Shown: positions 10,771 through 22,125 of the stretch, in pieces
Numbering within the stretch: position 1 is the stretch's first letter
Layout of the letters: the number at the start of each line of letters is the position of its first letter
Assembly: GCF_006345805.1 (NCBI RefSeq)
Contig: NW_021832089.1
Span: 1-33,124, forward strand
Length of the DNA stretch: 33,124 bases
Direction of reading: 5' to 3'
Source of the DNA: Octopus sinensis
Lineage: Eukaryota
Position numbers and translations under genes: made by a program
Notes under the pieces: model-generated
Told to the model about the DNA's origin: nothing
Database searches by the model: none
What the model saw: only the letters and a program-made list of their open reading frames with translations

Positions 10771-11305
10771 ATTACTACTACTGATGTTGTTACTGCTGCT
10801 ACTACTGCTACAACCACCACCACCACCACCACTACCACACTCTTAAAGCCCCCACCCATACACACACCATCACTACAACCATCATTTATATCGTCCACCG
10901 CCACACTAGCCACCACCCGCCACCACCTCCACCATCACCGATCCAATATTTTAGGTGAAGATTTCGCTAAATTCCATCTTTGATCCTCAATGGAACTTTC
11001 TAGAAAATGTCACCAGTCTCACCGACATTTTAGCACCAATACCACCATCACCACCGACACCTACACCACCACCACCGCTGCTATTACCATCATCGCAACC
11101 ACCACCACCACCACCTTCAATATCTCCACCACCAACCTCTCCCACCACTACCACCATCTCCAATATCTCCACCACCACCACCACCACCATCTCCAATATC
11201 TCCACCACCAACACCACCACCATCTCCAATATCTACACCACCACCACCACCACCACCGCCACCGCCACCACCACCACCACCAACAGCAACAACAGCGCCA
11301 ACGCC
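10678..11305. repeat. (ACT)/(ACC) trinucleotide region containing a 33-bp minisatellite
   Basis: CAATATCT recurs at 11118, 11161, 11194 and 11227. Confidence 0.9.
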
Positions 11306-11839
11306 ACCGCCACAGACCTTTCGCCATCTCTTTATTTTCTCTTTCATCTCCATCTATTTCACAAAATGTCACAATAATTGTAAACATAGCACTCATCTTG
11401 TTGTAATAGTTGTTGTTGTTGTTTTTTTAACCCATGGCCAGGCTTGATGAAGGCAAGCCTTTCAGCAACGCCGTTCCTGAAGCAACTATCCCATCCAATT
11501 AGATATATAACTCTGCATTGTCCAATATGGCCTTACTTTTGTTTTCTTGGGAGTTGCGTGTGATTTGAAAGATATGCGGCTGCTCTTTCTAGCAAGTCGA
11601 GCCACCGCGTAGAGGTTCCCAAGCTGACTCTGCACGCGCGAGCGCGTCTAAGTGTGTCTGCATGCTTATCCATACATACACATACACATACGCACACACA
11701 CTACACACATGCCTAAGCGGACCGTCAAATAATTATCGATAAGAGTCGAACGAAAATAAGTTGTGAATTTTACTCCCTCCCTTCACGCTCAACAAGTATG
11801 TACAAACATATGTATGGCATTGTTCAGTTTTATTTCAAG

Positions 11840-12080
11840 ATTTCTTGCCAAAAGAGAAATAATCGGTTTCTAACCTAGGTCCAAGGCTCCTTCAATGGAA
11901 TTTCAACATCAACAACAGGGTATATATGTATGTATGCATGTATGTATGTATGTATGTATGTATGTATGTATGTATGTATGTATGTATGTATGTGTGTATG
12001 TTTGTATGTGTGTATGTGTGTATGTGTGTATGTATGTATGTGTGTGTATGTACGTATGTATGTATGTATGTATGTATGTA

Positions 12081-12111
<31 letters not shown>

Positions 12112-12285
12112 ATGTATGTATGTTTTGTTTTATATATGTATTTTAATCCATATATTTGCCTATCTAGATATGTTCATATATATTTAAATGATAAACTTTT
12201 GGAAAGTTTTACAGATTTTAACAGTTCCACTGATGGCTTGGATCTGTAGTCTTTGAATATTTTACAATATTCCTCATCAGTGTCT
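11840..12285. mobile_element. Unclassified bipartite repeat, copy 2, with internal (TATG)n
   Basis: Same blocks X and Y as 3957-4223, with a 264-nt microsatellite spacer. Confidence 0.7.
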
Positions 12286-12315
12286 ACCCTCCCCTCAATC
12301 TTCATCCAAATTATA

Positions 12316-12731
12316 TATTTCTTTACTACCCAAAAGGGGCTAAACACAGAGAGGACAAACAAGGACAGACAAACGGATTAAGTCGATTACATCGACCCCA
12401 GTGCGTAACTGGTACTTAATCTAATCGACCCCGAAAGGATGAAAGGCAAAGTCGACCTCGGTAGAATTTGAACTCAGAACGTAACGGCAGAAGAAATACC
12501 TATTTCTTTACAACCCACAAGGGACTAAACACAGAAGGGACAAACAAGGACAGACAAACGGATTAAGTCGATTACATCGACCCCAGTGCGTAACTGGTAC
12601 TTATTTAATCGACCCCGAAAGGATGAAAGGCAAAGTCGACCTCGGTAGAATTTGAACTTAGAACGTAGCGGCAGGCGAAATACGGCTACGCATTTCGCCC
12701 GGCGTGCTAACGTCTCTGCCTGCTCACCGCC
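12316..12731 (-). mobile_element. SINE family A head-to-tail dimer (185-bp unit duplicated), flanked by a TSD
   Basis: Unit starts at 12316 and 12501; AAATTATA lies on both flanks (12308-12315 and 12732-12739). Confidence 0.9.
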
Positions 12732-13534
12732 AAATTATATTCCAACATACAAAAGCCTCTACTCCCGTTATCACAGACAATATCACTCTCCAGAGAAAGT
12801 TATGTCTTCGTTAATCGTTCGTAGGTAAACAAACCGAACAGACAACTTTATCATTTCAATCTAAAATCAATTCGATTTCCTGTCATACCGTTTTGTATCA
12901 GTTTACGTAGAGGGCGCTCTGTTTCTCGCTGGATAGCTTCCATCTTGTTGTTTCCATAACAGCTTCGATAATTACATATTCATTTGTTAATTAAGAACAA
13001 TAAGAGATAATGAAAGAACGGTGTTTTTGAAAGGAAAATCAGGAGTGGTGTAGTAACTAGTGTTTCGTGCAATAGTGTACGGGTATTTATTTTGGCGGAA
13101 CCGAAATTTGAAAGGAACAGCACACACACACACGCATACGTACACACACATACATGCACACACATACTCGAAGCTCAGCGGTGGAATTTACTCTGAGTAA
13201 CTAGGTTACTCAAGCTGCAACTCTGAGTCCGTCACTCAAACATTGCCCATTACTCGCTATATTCCGTCTCCACAATGGTTTCTAACATAAGACCTTTCCT
13301 GGAGAGCGGGGATTGATATAGGAAGTCACATCAATCCCAGCATTCGACTGCTATTTATTTTATCAGCCCTAAGAGGATAAAATGGCAACTTGAAACGCAA
13401 GCGGGATTTGAACTTGGAATGCAAGATATAACTTAATCGTACAAAGATTTCGCTTGACAGCCTAACAACTCCGCCATTTAATTTTGCCTGAGACACTTAA
13501 CCTGCTACCATTCGTTTTCCTTTTTTTTAAATCC

Positions 13535-13967
13535 TTTCTACTAAAGGTACAAGGCCTGAAGTACCAGGGGAAGGGGATTGTCGATTACGTCAACCCCAAT
13601 GATAAACTGGTACTTTGTTTTTTTGTTGTTTTTTTTCACCTCGAAAGGATAAAAGGGAAAGTCGACCTCGGTGGGATTTGAACTCAGAACGAAAAATCGG
13701 ATGCTAAACATTTTACCCGGCGTGCTAAAGATCCAGCGAGCTCGCCGCGCCTAATTTTCCCTTTTTATAGTAATTCACGTTTCAAATTTTGGCTCACGGG
13801 AAGGAGTGGAGTTTGGGGCAGGAGAGTTAAGTCGATTACATCGACTCCAGGGATCAAATGGCGTTTATTTTATCGACCTCGAAAAGATGAAAGGCACAGA
13901 AACGTAAAGACGGACGAAATGCCGCTAAGCATTTAGTTCGGCGTGTTAATGATTCTGCCAGTTCGCC
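13535..13967 (-). mobile_element. Two adjacent diverged SINE family A copies (13535-13748, 13780-13967)
   Basis: Each has the GTCGATTAC.TC hairpin region, an AAAGGAT.AAAGG body and head remnants. Confidence 0.8.
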
Positions 13968-14382
13968 TCTAATATGATGTTGTTGATGATGATGATGATG
14001 ATGATATTAATAACGCCGCTTTATTTGCCCTCTTTATAATAATATTTATTTATTTCACATCCCTCAAATTTAGAGCGATGGGGCACCGATGATTTATACC
14101 TACCACATTGCATGACCGGTGCTTCATTTTATCGATCTCTGTAGTATTATAAGCGAAGTTGACTTAGCTGGGTTTGGCCTCAGAACGTAAAATTGCGCAA
14201 CGAAATACCCGAACGGCTCCTAGCACCCGCTGACCCTGACTTAAATAACGATCATTATAACAATAATATTATTGCAACAAACAAATATTATGTATTTGAA
14301 ATATTGCGTCAGAGCCAAAGATTATAATTATTTCCTGTAAATGCATCGGTGAATAATATAAACATAGATACGCGAGAGAGAC

Positions 14383-14432
<50 letters not shown>

Positions 14433-14899
14433 GTGGGTGGAGGGCTTGTTTAGGAAATACTTAAGCAAGGAAAACAAACAAAATGAAAATGTAAGTATTG
14501 TATTTGTGGAAACATATATTATGTTGGATATCAAAACCGTAATTTACTGAGGAAACCTATCCAATCTGTATTAGCTATTATCATACGCAGTAGAATATCA
14601 ACAAAGAAAACATATAACATTTCCATGGTATAAACGGAATGATATTAAGCAATTATATTATTTATATGTGATATAAAACTGCATATTATATTTAGAAAAC
14701 ATATTATAACATAAATAACAGGATAATTTAACGAATACCTACGTTATATAAAATAGAGTAATTTGCGAAAACCTACGATGTATATTATGTAAAATGGAAT
14801 GTTTTAAGAAAATTGATGTTTTACAAAATGGAGTATTTTTCTGAAACCATTAATTGGTTGAATGGAATTATTGTTGTTATTGTGGGTTCTGTTTGTCGT

Positions 14900-15180
14900 T
14901 TACATAATTTCTATGTATAAAATCTTGCCAGGATCCTAGAAATATGATTCTCTTGCGCATTATACTCCAAGAAAGTATTGGACAAAATATTCCGTTTCCG
15001 CGTCTGGAGAGGAGGACGCAGAGTCGAGAAGAGAAGAGAGAAGAGATGAATGTGTACTGGGGATGCAAGTTCGAAGTGTTCGCGGGATGCAGAAACTATT
15101 GCAGTGGCGGGAAATGTTAGAGAAGTAAGATACAGCCCCTCGATTAGTTGAACAGTCGTAGAGAGTAGAGGGAGTCGAAG
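14900..15180 (-). mobile_element. Decayed CR1/L2-group LINE 3' fragment
   Basis: Minus-strand translation NRGAVSYFSNISRHCNSFC...ETEYFVQYFL resembles the HRR.V.SL.LFYRYYNG.CSSEL C-terminal motif and aligns with 15690-15830. Confidence 0.55.
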
Positions 15181-15274
15181 AACTTATTTTATTAGCTTAT
15201 CGTTCTTTTAAACTGTTCAGATGTGAGTGCTTAGCAGTAGATTATATACTCCAAGCCTCAGGTTTACAGACATA

Positions 15275-15671
15275 TTCTTTTCTACTCTAGGCACAAGGCA
15301 CGAAATTTTTGGGGAGGGAGGCAGTCGATTAGATCGACCCAGTACGCAACTGGTAATTAATTTGTCGATGTCCGAAAGGATGAAAAGCAAAGTCGACCTC
15401 GGCGGAATTTGAACTCAGAACGTAAAAATAGACGAAATACCTTTTTCTTTACTACCCACAGGGGCTAAACACAGAGAGGACAAACAAAGACAGACAAACG
15501 GATTAAGTCGATTACATCGACCCCAGTGCATAACTGGTGCTTCTTTAATCGACCCCGAAAGGATGAAAGACAAAGTCAACCTCGGCGGAATTTGAAAATC
15601 AGAACGTAGCGGCAGACGAAATACTGCTAAGCATTTCACCCGGCGTGCTAACGCTTCTGCCAACTCGCCGT
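15275..15671 (-). mobile_element. Chimeric SINE family A dimer (two different tails), flanked by an 18-bp TSD
   Basis: CTCAGGTTTACAGACATA (15257-15274) vs CTTAGGTCTACAGACATA (15672-15689); internal junction at 15441/15442. Confidence 0.9.
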
Positions 15672-15689
15672 CTTAGGTCTACAGACATA

Positions 15690-15950
15690 CTGACTCCTCA
15701 CTGTTCCTTTTACCACTACTACAATAGTCTCTGCTCTTCTGAACTAGTTCATTACTATGTATCCACATTCACCCCAGGCCACCCGTCTCTCCTCTTCTCC
15801 TTACTCATCCCTCTTCTCCTTACTCATCCCGTTTCTGCCTGTCCACATCCTCTTTTAACTGCTACATACAATCCTGCCTCTCTAAGAATTCTGCCCTCTC
15901 GAAGTGCCTTCCCCTTACTCTTTTTTATAAAGACATCGCGCGCATCTCTG
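15690..15950 (+). mobile_element. Decayed CR1/L2-group LINE 3' fragment
   Basis: Translation SFYHYYNSLCSSELVH...THPVS...ASLRILPSRSAFP matches the LFYRYYxGxCSSEL...WNSLP..FP C-terminal motif of CR1-group ORF2 proteins. Confidence 0.7.
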
Positions 15951-16841
15951 TCACTTTTCGGTTGGGACGTTGCGAACAGGGTCTCGCAGAGAAATTTGTC
16001 GTAGGGGAATAAAACCACTTTCTGACCCAGAGATGGTAGGAGAGGATTGCAACATTCAACAGTGTTGAGCTTTTCCTTTTAGGGAGAGACCCTGTAGATA
16101 GCCACGGGTCTTTCCTTTGCTCTTCAGCCCTCACGTTCCGATATGGCCGCTGAATACCTTCCCTCGTAGGTCTTGACTGAAACAAAGGTAAGAACATTCG
16201 TTAGTCCCTTATACATTGCAGGGAGTCGGCAGCCGTCTGGAATCGGGTATCTTAGAGTTATTCCTTTCAAAGTTTTTCTTTCATTGACTGTTATTATATT
16301 TTGAAGGACGAAAAGTATTCATTGCATTTTAATTTCATGTCAGAAAATAATGACGTCTGCAAGAAAAAGGAGTCAACAGAACGAATTAGTAAATGGAAAG
16401 AAAGTAAGAACAAACAAAAAAAGAACATTTTGAAGACGATAAAAACACGTGATTTGACTGGATTTCGATCTCAAAAACTTCAAAGTGGAAGAAACACTCC
16501 TAAACTAGAAAATATTCTTTATCGATCTGAAGAGAAAATTATATTTCTATAAATAAATAAAGATAAATAAATAGAAAACTAAATAAATAATTAGATACAT
16601 AAATACATAAATATATATGGGGGGGGGATGGGAATAAATATGTTGATGAGAAGATAAAGAAAGGAAAAAGAATGTGTAAAATATTTGTAAATGGCAGAAC
16701 GGATCTTAAGAAGCAATTTTATTTGATTCCATTGACATGGAACAGTCGCAGAGAATATCTGAAGATTAACAGGTTTATGAGAATTTTCTGGCCTCGCTTC
16801 TTTAACTTCAATGTGTATTATAGATATGAGGTGTGTGTGTG

Positions 16842-16887
<46 letters not shown>

Positions 16888-16998
16888 TGCGCGTGTGTGT
16901 GTGTCTGTCTGTGTGAATGTGTATTCCTATATAAATATATATACACATATATCTATATAGATACATATATGTAGATATACATACATATATGTAGATTG

Positions 16999-17057
<59 letters not shown>

Positions 17058-17159
17058 CTATATCTATACAAGGACGTGTGTATGTGTGTGGGAGAACACT
17101 GAACAGTTCAATCAAGGGTAGAAAGGAAAATACATACATATGTGTGCGTGTGTGTATGT

Positions 17160-17190
<31 letters not shown>

Positions 17191-17447
17191 ATATATACAT
17201 ATGTATGTATATATATATATGTATGTATGTATGTATATATTATCTATATATATATATATCTATTATATATATATATATATATATATATGTATAATATATG
17301 TATGTATAATGCTATCTTTCTACCCTTGAATGAATTGTTGAATGTTCTGCTATTGAGCTGACAACAAGCTGTGTCAGTATATATATGGCTATATATATAC
17401 AGTGAATATATGAGCCGAAGTATACATACATATACATAAGCGCACGC

Positions 17448-17507
<60 letters not shown>

Positions 17508-17695
17508 ATAGACGTATAGACGTATGTTTGTATATTTATGTGTATATATATATATATGTCTGCATAGGAGGGTGTAATGTTCAACAACAACAACAAAAAT
17601 TCTTGTAGTTATCCGATAAATCGATGAAATATGATGAAATATTAACAATATTATTAATCTCTTCTTGCAATCGAGATTTTTTTACCACTGCTGCC

Positions 17696-17871
17696 ATGAG
17701 GATGATGATGATGATGATGATGATGATAGCGGTGGTGGTGGTGGTGGTGGTGGTGGTGGTGGTGATGAATAACGATGATGGTTATGGTGATGATGATAAT
17801 TACGGAGGTGTTGACAGAGGCGATGGTGATGGCGATGGTTGTTCGCCTTATCTTCATTATCAATACAATCA

Positions 17872-17908
<37 letters not shown>

Positions 17909-18362
17909 GCATAACCACTAGGAATATTATTATTATTATTATTATTACTATGGCAGTTATTGTTCTCCTTATTATTACCATCATCAACTTCATCATATTT
18001 ATCATAGAAGAAGGAGAAGAAGAAGAAGAAGAAGAAGAAGTGGAAGAAGAAGAAGAAGAAGAAGAAGAAGAAGAAGAAAAAGAAGGAGAAGAAGAAGAAA
18101 AATAAGAAGAAGTGGAAGAAGAAGAAGAAGAAGAAGAAGAAGAAGAAGAAGAAGAAGAAGAAGAAGGAGAAGAAGTGGAAGAAGAAGAAGAAGAAGAAGA
18201 AGAAGAAGGAGAAGAAGAAAAGAAGAAGTGGAAGAAGAAGAAGAGAAGAAAGGAAGAAGATGAAGTGGAAGAAGAAGAAAAGAAGAGAGAAGAAGTAGAA
18301 GAAGAAAAGAAGAAGAAGAAGAGAAGAAGGAAGTGAATAAGAAAAGAGGATGAGACGAAAAA

Positions 18363-18393
<31 letters not shown>

Positions 18394-18420
18394 AAGATGA
18401 AGTGGAAGAAGAAGAAGAAG
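17696..18420. repeat. Trinucleotide cluster ending in an about 415-bp interrupted (GAA)n tract (18006-18420)
   Basis: Direct reading. Confidence 0.95.
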
Positions 18421-19030
18421 TAACTAGTGACAATAAGTTAATTATCTCTCGATCCACACACTCTGCAACCGTTGAAGCCCTGGCTCTGTAATATTCACAT
18501 CACGCATTGATTGTCAAATATCCAGTAAAAAAAAAAAAAACACTTCTAAATTCGAACCAGGAAACACAACATTGCCCTGAGCCACCAACAAAAAAAAAAG
18601 GAAGAAAATTAATGGCGGCCGTTTTTTTTTTCTGCCGTTTTTACGCCATGCGATATTTTATAGATATAAAACGTGAATTAGATATAGTTTACATGCTATG
18701 TACGTATATATTTATATGCATGCAAATACATACATAATTGTATATATATATATATATTATATATATATATAAGTATATATATCTATATATATATATATTA
18801 TATGTATGTATATATGTATGTATATATGTATGTACTATATGTCTGTATATACATAATGTGATTTATACGTATGTAAGTGTATGTAATACGATAAAATGTG
18901 TAATGAGTTCTCACCTTGCCATTACAAATGGATGCAGTTTATGTATTTTGTATTTTGTATAATTTTATATTCCATCACTCTCGCTATTTCACCTCTGTTT
19001 TGTTCAAGTGAACGTGTGTGTGTGTGTGTG

Positions 19031-19069
<39 letters not shown>

Positions 19070-19349
19070 AACTACACACTACTGACGTACAAATGAATGC
19101 ATTCAAATGTACTTACACACAGACAGACATGCGCACATATAGCAATACAAACATGTTTACATACCCAAGTCAAAATATAAGGATACACACACATGCATAC
19201 ATACATACATATCTATATATATGCATATATATATATACATATATATATTATATATATATATATACATACAAATAAACACGCATTCATACATACATCAATA
19301 CATACATACATCCATGTAAGTATATTTATATGCACACACGGTTGTTACA

Positions 19350-19635
19350 TACATATATACATGCATGCATACATACATACATACATACATACATACATAC
19401 ATACATACATACACACATACATACATACATACATACATACATACATACATACACACATGCATACATACATACACACATACATACACACACATACATACAT
19501 ACATACACACATACATACATACATACATACATACACACATGCATACATACATACACACATACATACATACATACATGCATACATACATACAAACATACAT
19601 ACATACATACATACATACATACATACATACATACA
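19350..19635. repeat. (TACA)n microsatellite
   Basis: Direct reading. Confidence 0.95.
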
Positions 19636-19969
19636 CTCACAGTACTGCCATTTATTCTTTCGGTAAAGGTTTCATTCCTCCATGCTGAGGAACTCCGAAG
19701 TGTCTGCGATCGACTCACAGAAAGACAGAAACACCAGCTTAACAAAACAGTGTGAATACATGTCAAGAACAGGAATGGTACGGAGAATTACCTTCTAGTT
19801 ACAAGATCCTCAGAGGATATTAGAATGGAATTTGGCCAAGATAAATATTCGTAAGAGATTGTAAGACGAAAGAAAACGTACAAGACCGTCTAGTCTGGAT
19901 ATCCGTGCAAACTCCGAAAAGGAATGTTGCAGATATTTGGAACTTGGAGAAAATATATCTTATGAAAAT
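19636..19969 (+). mobile_element. Heavily decayed R4/Dong-like RT fragment
   Basis: One frame reads LTVLPFILSVKVSFL...*...LLVTRSSEDIRMEFGQDKYS*, and after a frameshift CRYLELGENISYE. This is colinear with the ILFILSVNPLSFL..FSxDIxMxFGxDKC..YKYLG RT motifs; the catalytic YxDD motif is not recognisable. Confidence 0.65.
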
Positions 19970-20146
19970 GCTTAGCGGCATTTCGTTCGTCTTTACATTC
20001 TAAGTTCAAATTCCTCTGAGACCCACTTTGCCTTTCATCCTTTCGGTGGTTGATAAATTAAGTACCAGTTGCGTACTGGAGTCGATTAGATCGACTGCCC
20101 CCCTCCCCCAAAATTTCGTGCCTTGTGCCTAGAATAGAAAAGAATA
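19965..20146 (+). mobile_element. 5'-truncated SINE family A
   Basis: Body plus an AATTTCGTGCCTTGTGCCTAG tail, the same tail as 15275-15330 (-). Confidence 0.85.
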
Positions 20147-20407
20147 TTTTAGTATTAAGAAGGCGGCGTATGTATGTATGTATGTATGTATGTATGTATG
20201 TATGTACGTATGTATGTATGTACGTACGTATGTATGTATGTATGAATGTATGTATGTATGTATGTGTGTGTATGTATGTATGTATGTATGTATGTATGTA
20301 TGTATGTGTGTATGTATGTATACATGTATGTATGTATGTATGTATGTATGTATGTATGTATGTATGTATGTATGTATGTGTATGTGTGTGTATGTATGTA
20401 TGTATGT

Positions 20408-20780
20408 GTGTTAAGAAGCTCGTTTCCCAATCACATGGTTCCGTGTTCAGTCCCACTTCGTGGCACCTTGAGCAAGTGTCTTCTACTCTAGCGTCGGCCG
20501 ACCAAAGACTTGTGAATGGATTTGGTAGACGGAAACTGAATGAAGCCTGCTGTATGTGTGTGTGTCTGTGTTTGTCCACATCACCGCTTGATAACCGGTG
20601 TTGGTGTGTTTAAATCCCCGTAACATCGGCAATAGATTACCGATAGAGTGAATGCTAGGCTTTGAAAAAAATTAGGCCTGGGGTCGATTTGTTCGACTAA
20701 AGTCCTTCAAGGCGGTGCTCCAGCATGGCCGCAGTCAAATGACTGAAACAAGTAAAATAATAAGAGAATAAAAGAATATA
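20408..20780 (+). mobile_element. Near full-length SINE family B
   Basis: B-box-like GTTCAGTCCC, CORE-like GGCACCTTGAGCAAGTGTCTTCT, a short internal TG run and the conserved tail. Confidence 0.85.
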
Positions 20781-21410
20781 CATACATATACATATACACA
20801 CGTAAAGACTATACGCACATATACACACATTCTACCAAATAGAGAAAGGATCGACGAAAATTGCACTCAGTAACACCACCAGCCTTCCCCCACCTATTCC
20901 CTCTCTCCCTCTTTCTCTTTACCTCCCTCCCTCTACCTATCCCCTTACCCCTCCCTCCTTCCATGACATTATTATGGCTGATGTTATCGCTGACGTCAAA
21001 CATTCACGTTTGGCTCCATCACCTCCCAACACTTCCAGTCATTCACTGAATCTACTTCTGATTAACTTCCTTCAAGTTTCTCCAATATTCTCCAAGACAT
21101 TTAGGAATCTCATGGTTCCTGTTCCCATCCCATTCCTTCTTCTATCTTTCTCATCTCCCTTTTATCCCCCCCTCCCCCTCCCCCTCTCTCTCTCTGCCAC
21201 ATACACTCATTCCTGCGTATATACACAAACAGAGATATTCGTACAGATACACACTCACTCGCACATACATGTTCGCTCTCACTCGCATACACACACACAA
21301 GATAACACGCGCATATATACAGGCTTACATAACTACACATACATACATACATACTCAATATTCGGTATAATTTTGTATGTATGCATATACGTGTAGTTAT
21401 ACACACACAC

Positions 21411-21451
<41 letters not shown>

Positions 21452-21792
21452 TACATGCAGTTACACAGACACAAACTAAACACGCATACACATGCATGTG
21501 ACTCCAATTGTTATAATTTTCCCACAGCCGAAGCAATCTGCTTGTAATTATCAATATTTATATTTTATAATTAATCTAATTTGGTTTGTCACAAGTTCAG
21601 CTTCTATGGAGCAATTTGTTAAATCATCCCCCAGTATATTGCTGGGGGTACTTATATTTTGTCCATTTAATCTTTGAAGATAAACATCAATCATTTAGAC
21701 GAGATTCGAACACGTAACCTATGGTTCCGTGACTAAATACAAGGTACTTTGTCCGTCACCTTAGAAATATTGTTGCTGTTATGTTCTAGAAT

Positions 21793-22125
21793 AGTGAAGA
21801 CACATGGTTCAGTGGTTAGAGCGTCGAGCTAACGATTGTGAGGTTGCGATTTCACTTCCCGGACCGAGCTGCGTGTTGTGTTCTTGAGCAAGACACTTTA
21901 TTTCACATTGCTCCAGTTCACTCAGCTGTAGAAATGAGTTGCAACATCACTGGTGCCAAGCCGTATCGGCTCCTTTGCCTTTCCCTTGGATAACATCAGT
22001 GGTGTGGAGAGGGGAGGCTGGTATGCATGGGCGACTGCTGGCCTTCCATAAACAACCTTGCCCGGACTTGTGCCTCGGAGGGTAACTTTCTAGGTGCAAT
22101 CCCAGGGTCTTTCATGACCGAAGCC
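21793..22125 (+). mobile_element. tRNA-derived SINE family C with CORE-like central domain
   Basis: A-box-like TGGTTCAGTGG, and TGTGTTCTTGAGCAAGACACTTTA..TTGCTCCAG..ACTCAGCTGTAGAAATGAGT. Confidence 0.75.

Noticed and set aside
10662-11406. Mucin-like, poly-His and poly-Trp ORFs
   Set aside because: They are explained by (ACT)/(ACC) repeats; most frames are open at once and there is no splice or start support.
12316-12731. CRISPR-like repeat-spacer arrangement
   Set aside because: The repeats are 185-bp SINE units with no unique spacers, the context is eukaryotic, and there are no cas genes.
16301-16552. 83-aa Lys-rich ORF
   Set aside because: It reflects A-rich compositional bias, with a TTG start and no recognisable domain.
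17839-18457. Poly-Glu, poly-Lys and poly-Leu ORFs
   Set aside because: They are (GAA)n translations.
19193-20613. HTYI/MYVC-repeat ORFs (also at about 11.9, 17.1, 26.4, 27.7 and 32.7 kb)
   Set aside because: They are tetranucleotide TACA/TATG microsatellites.
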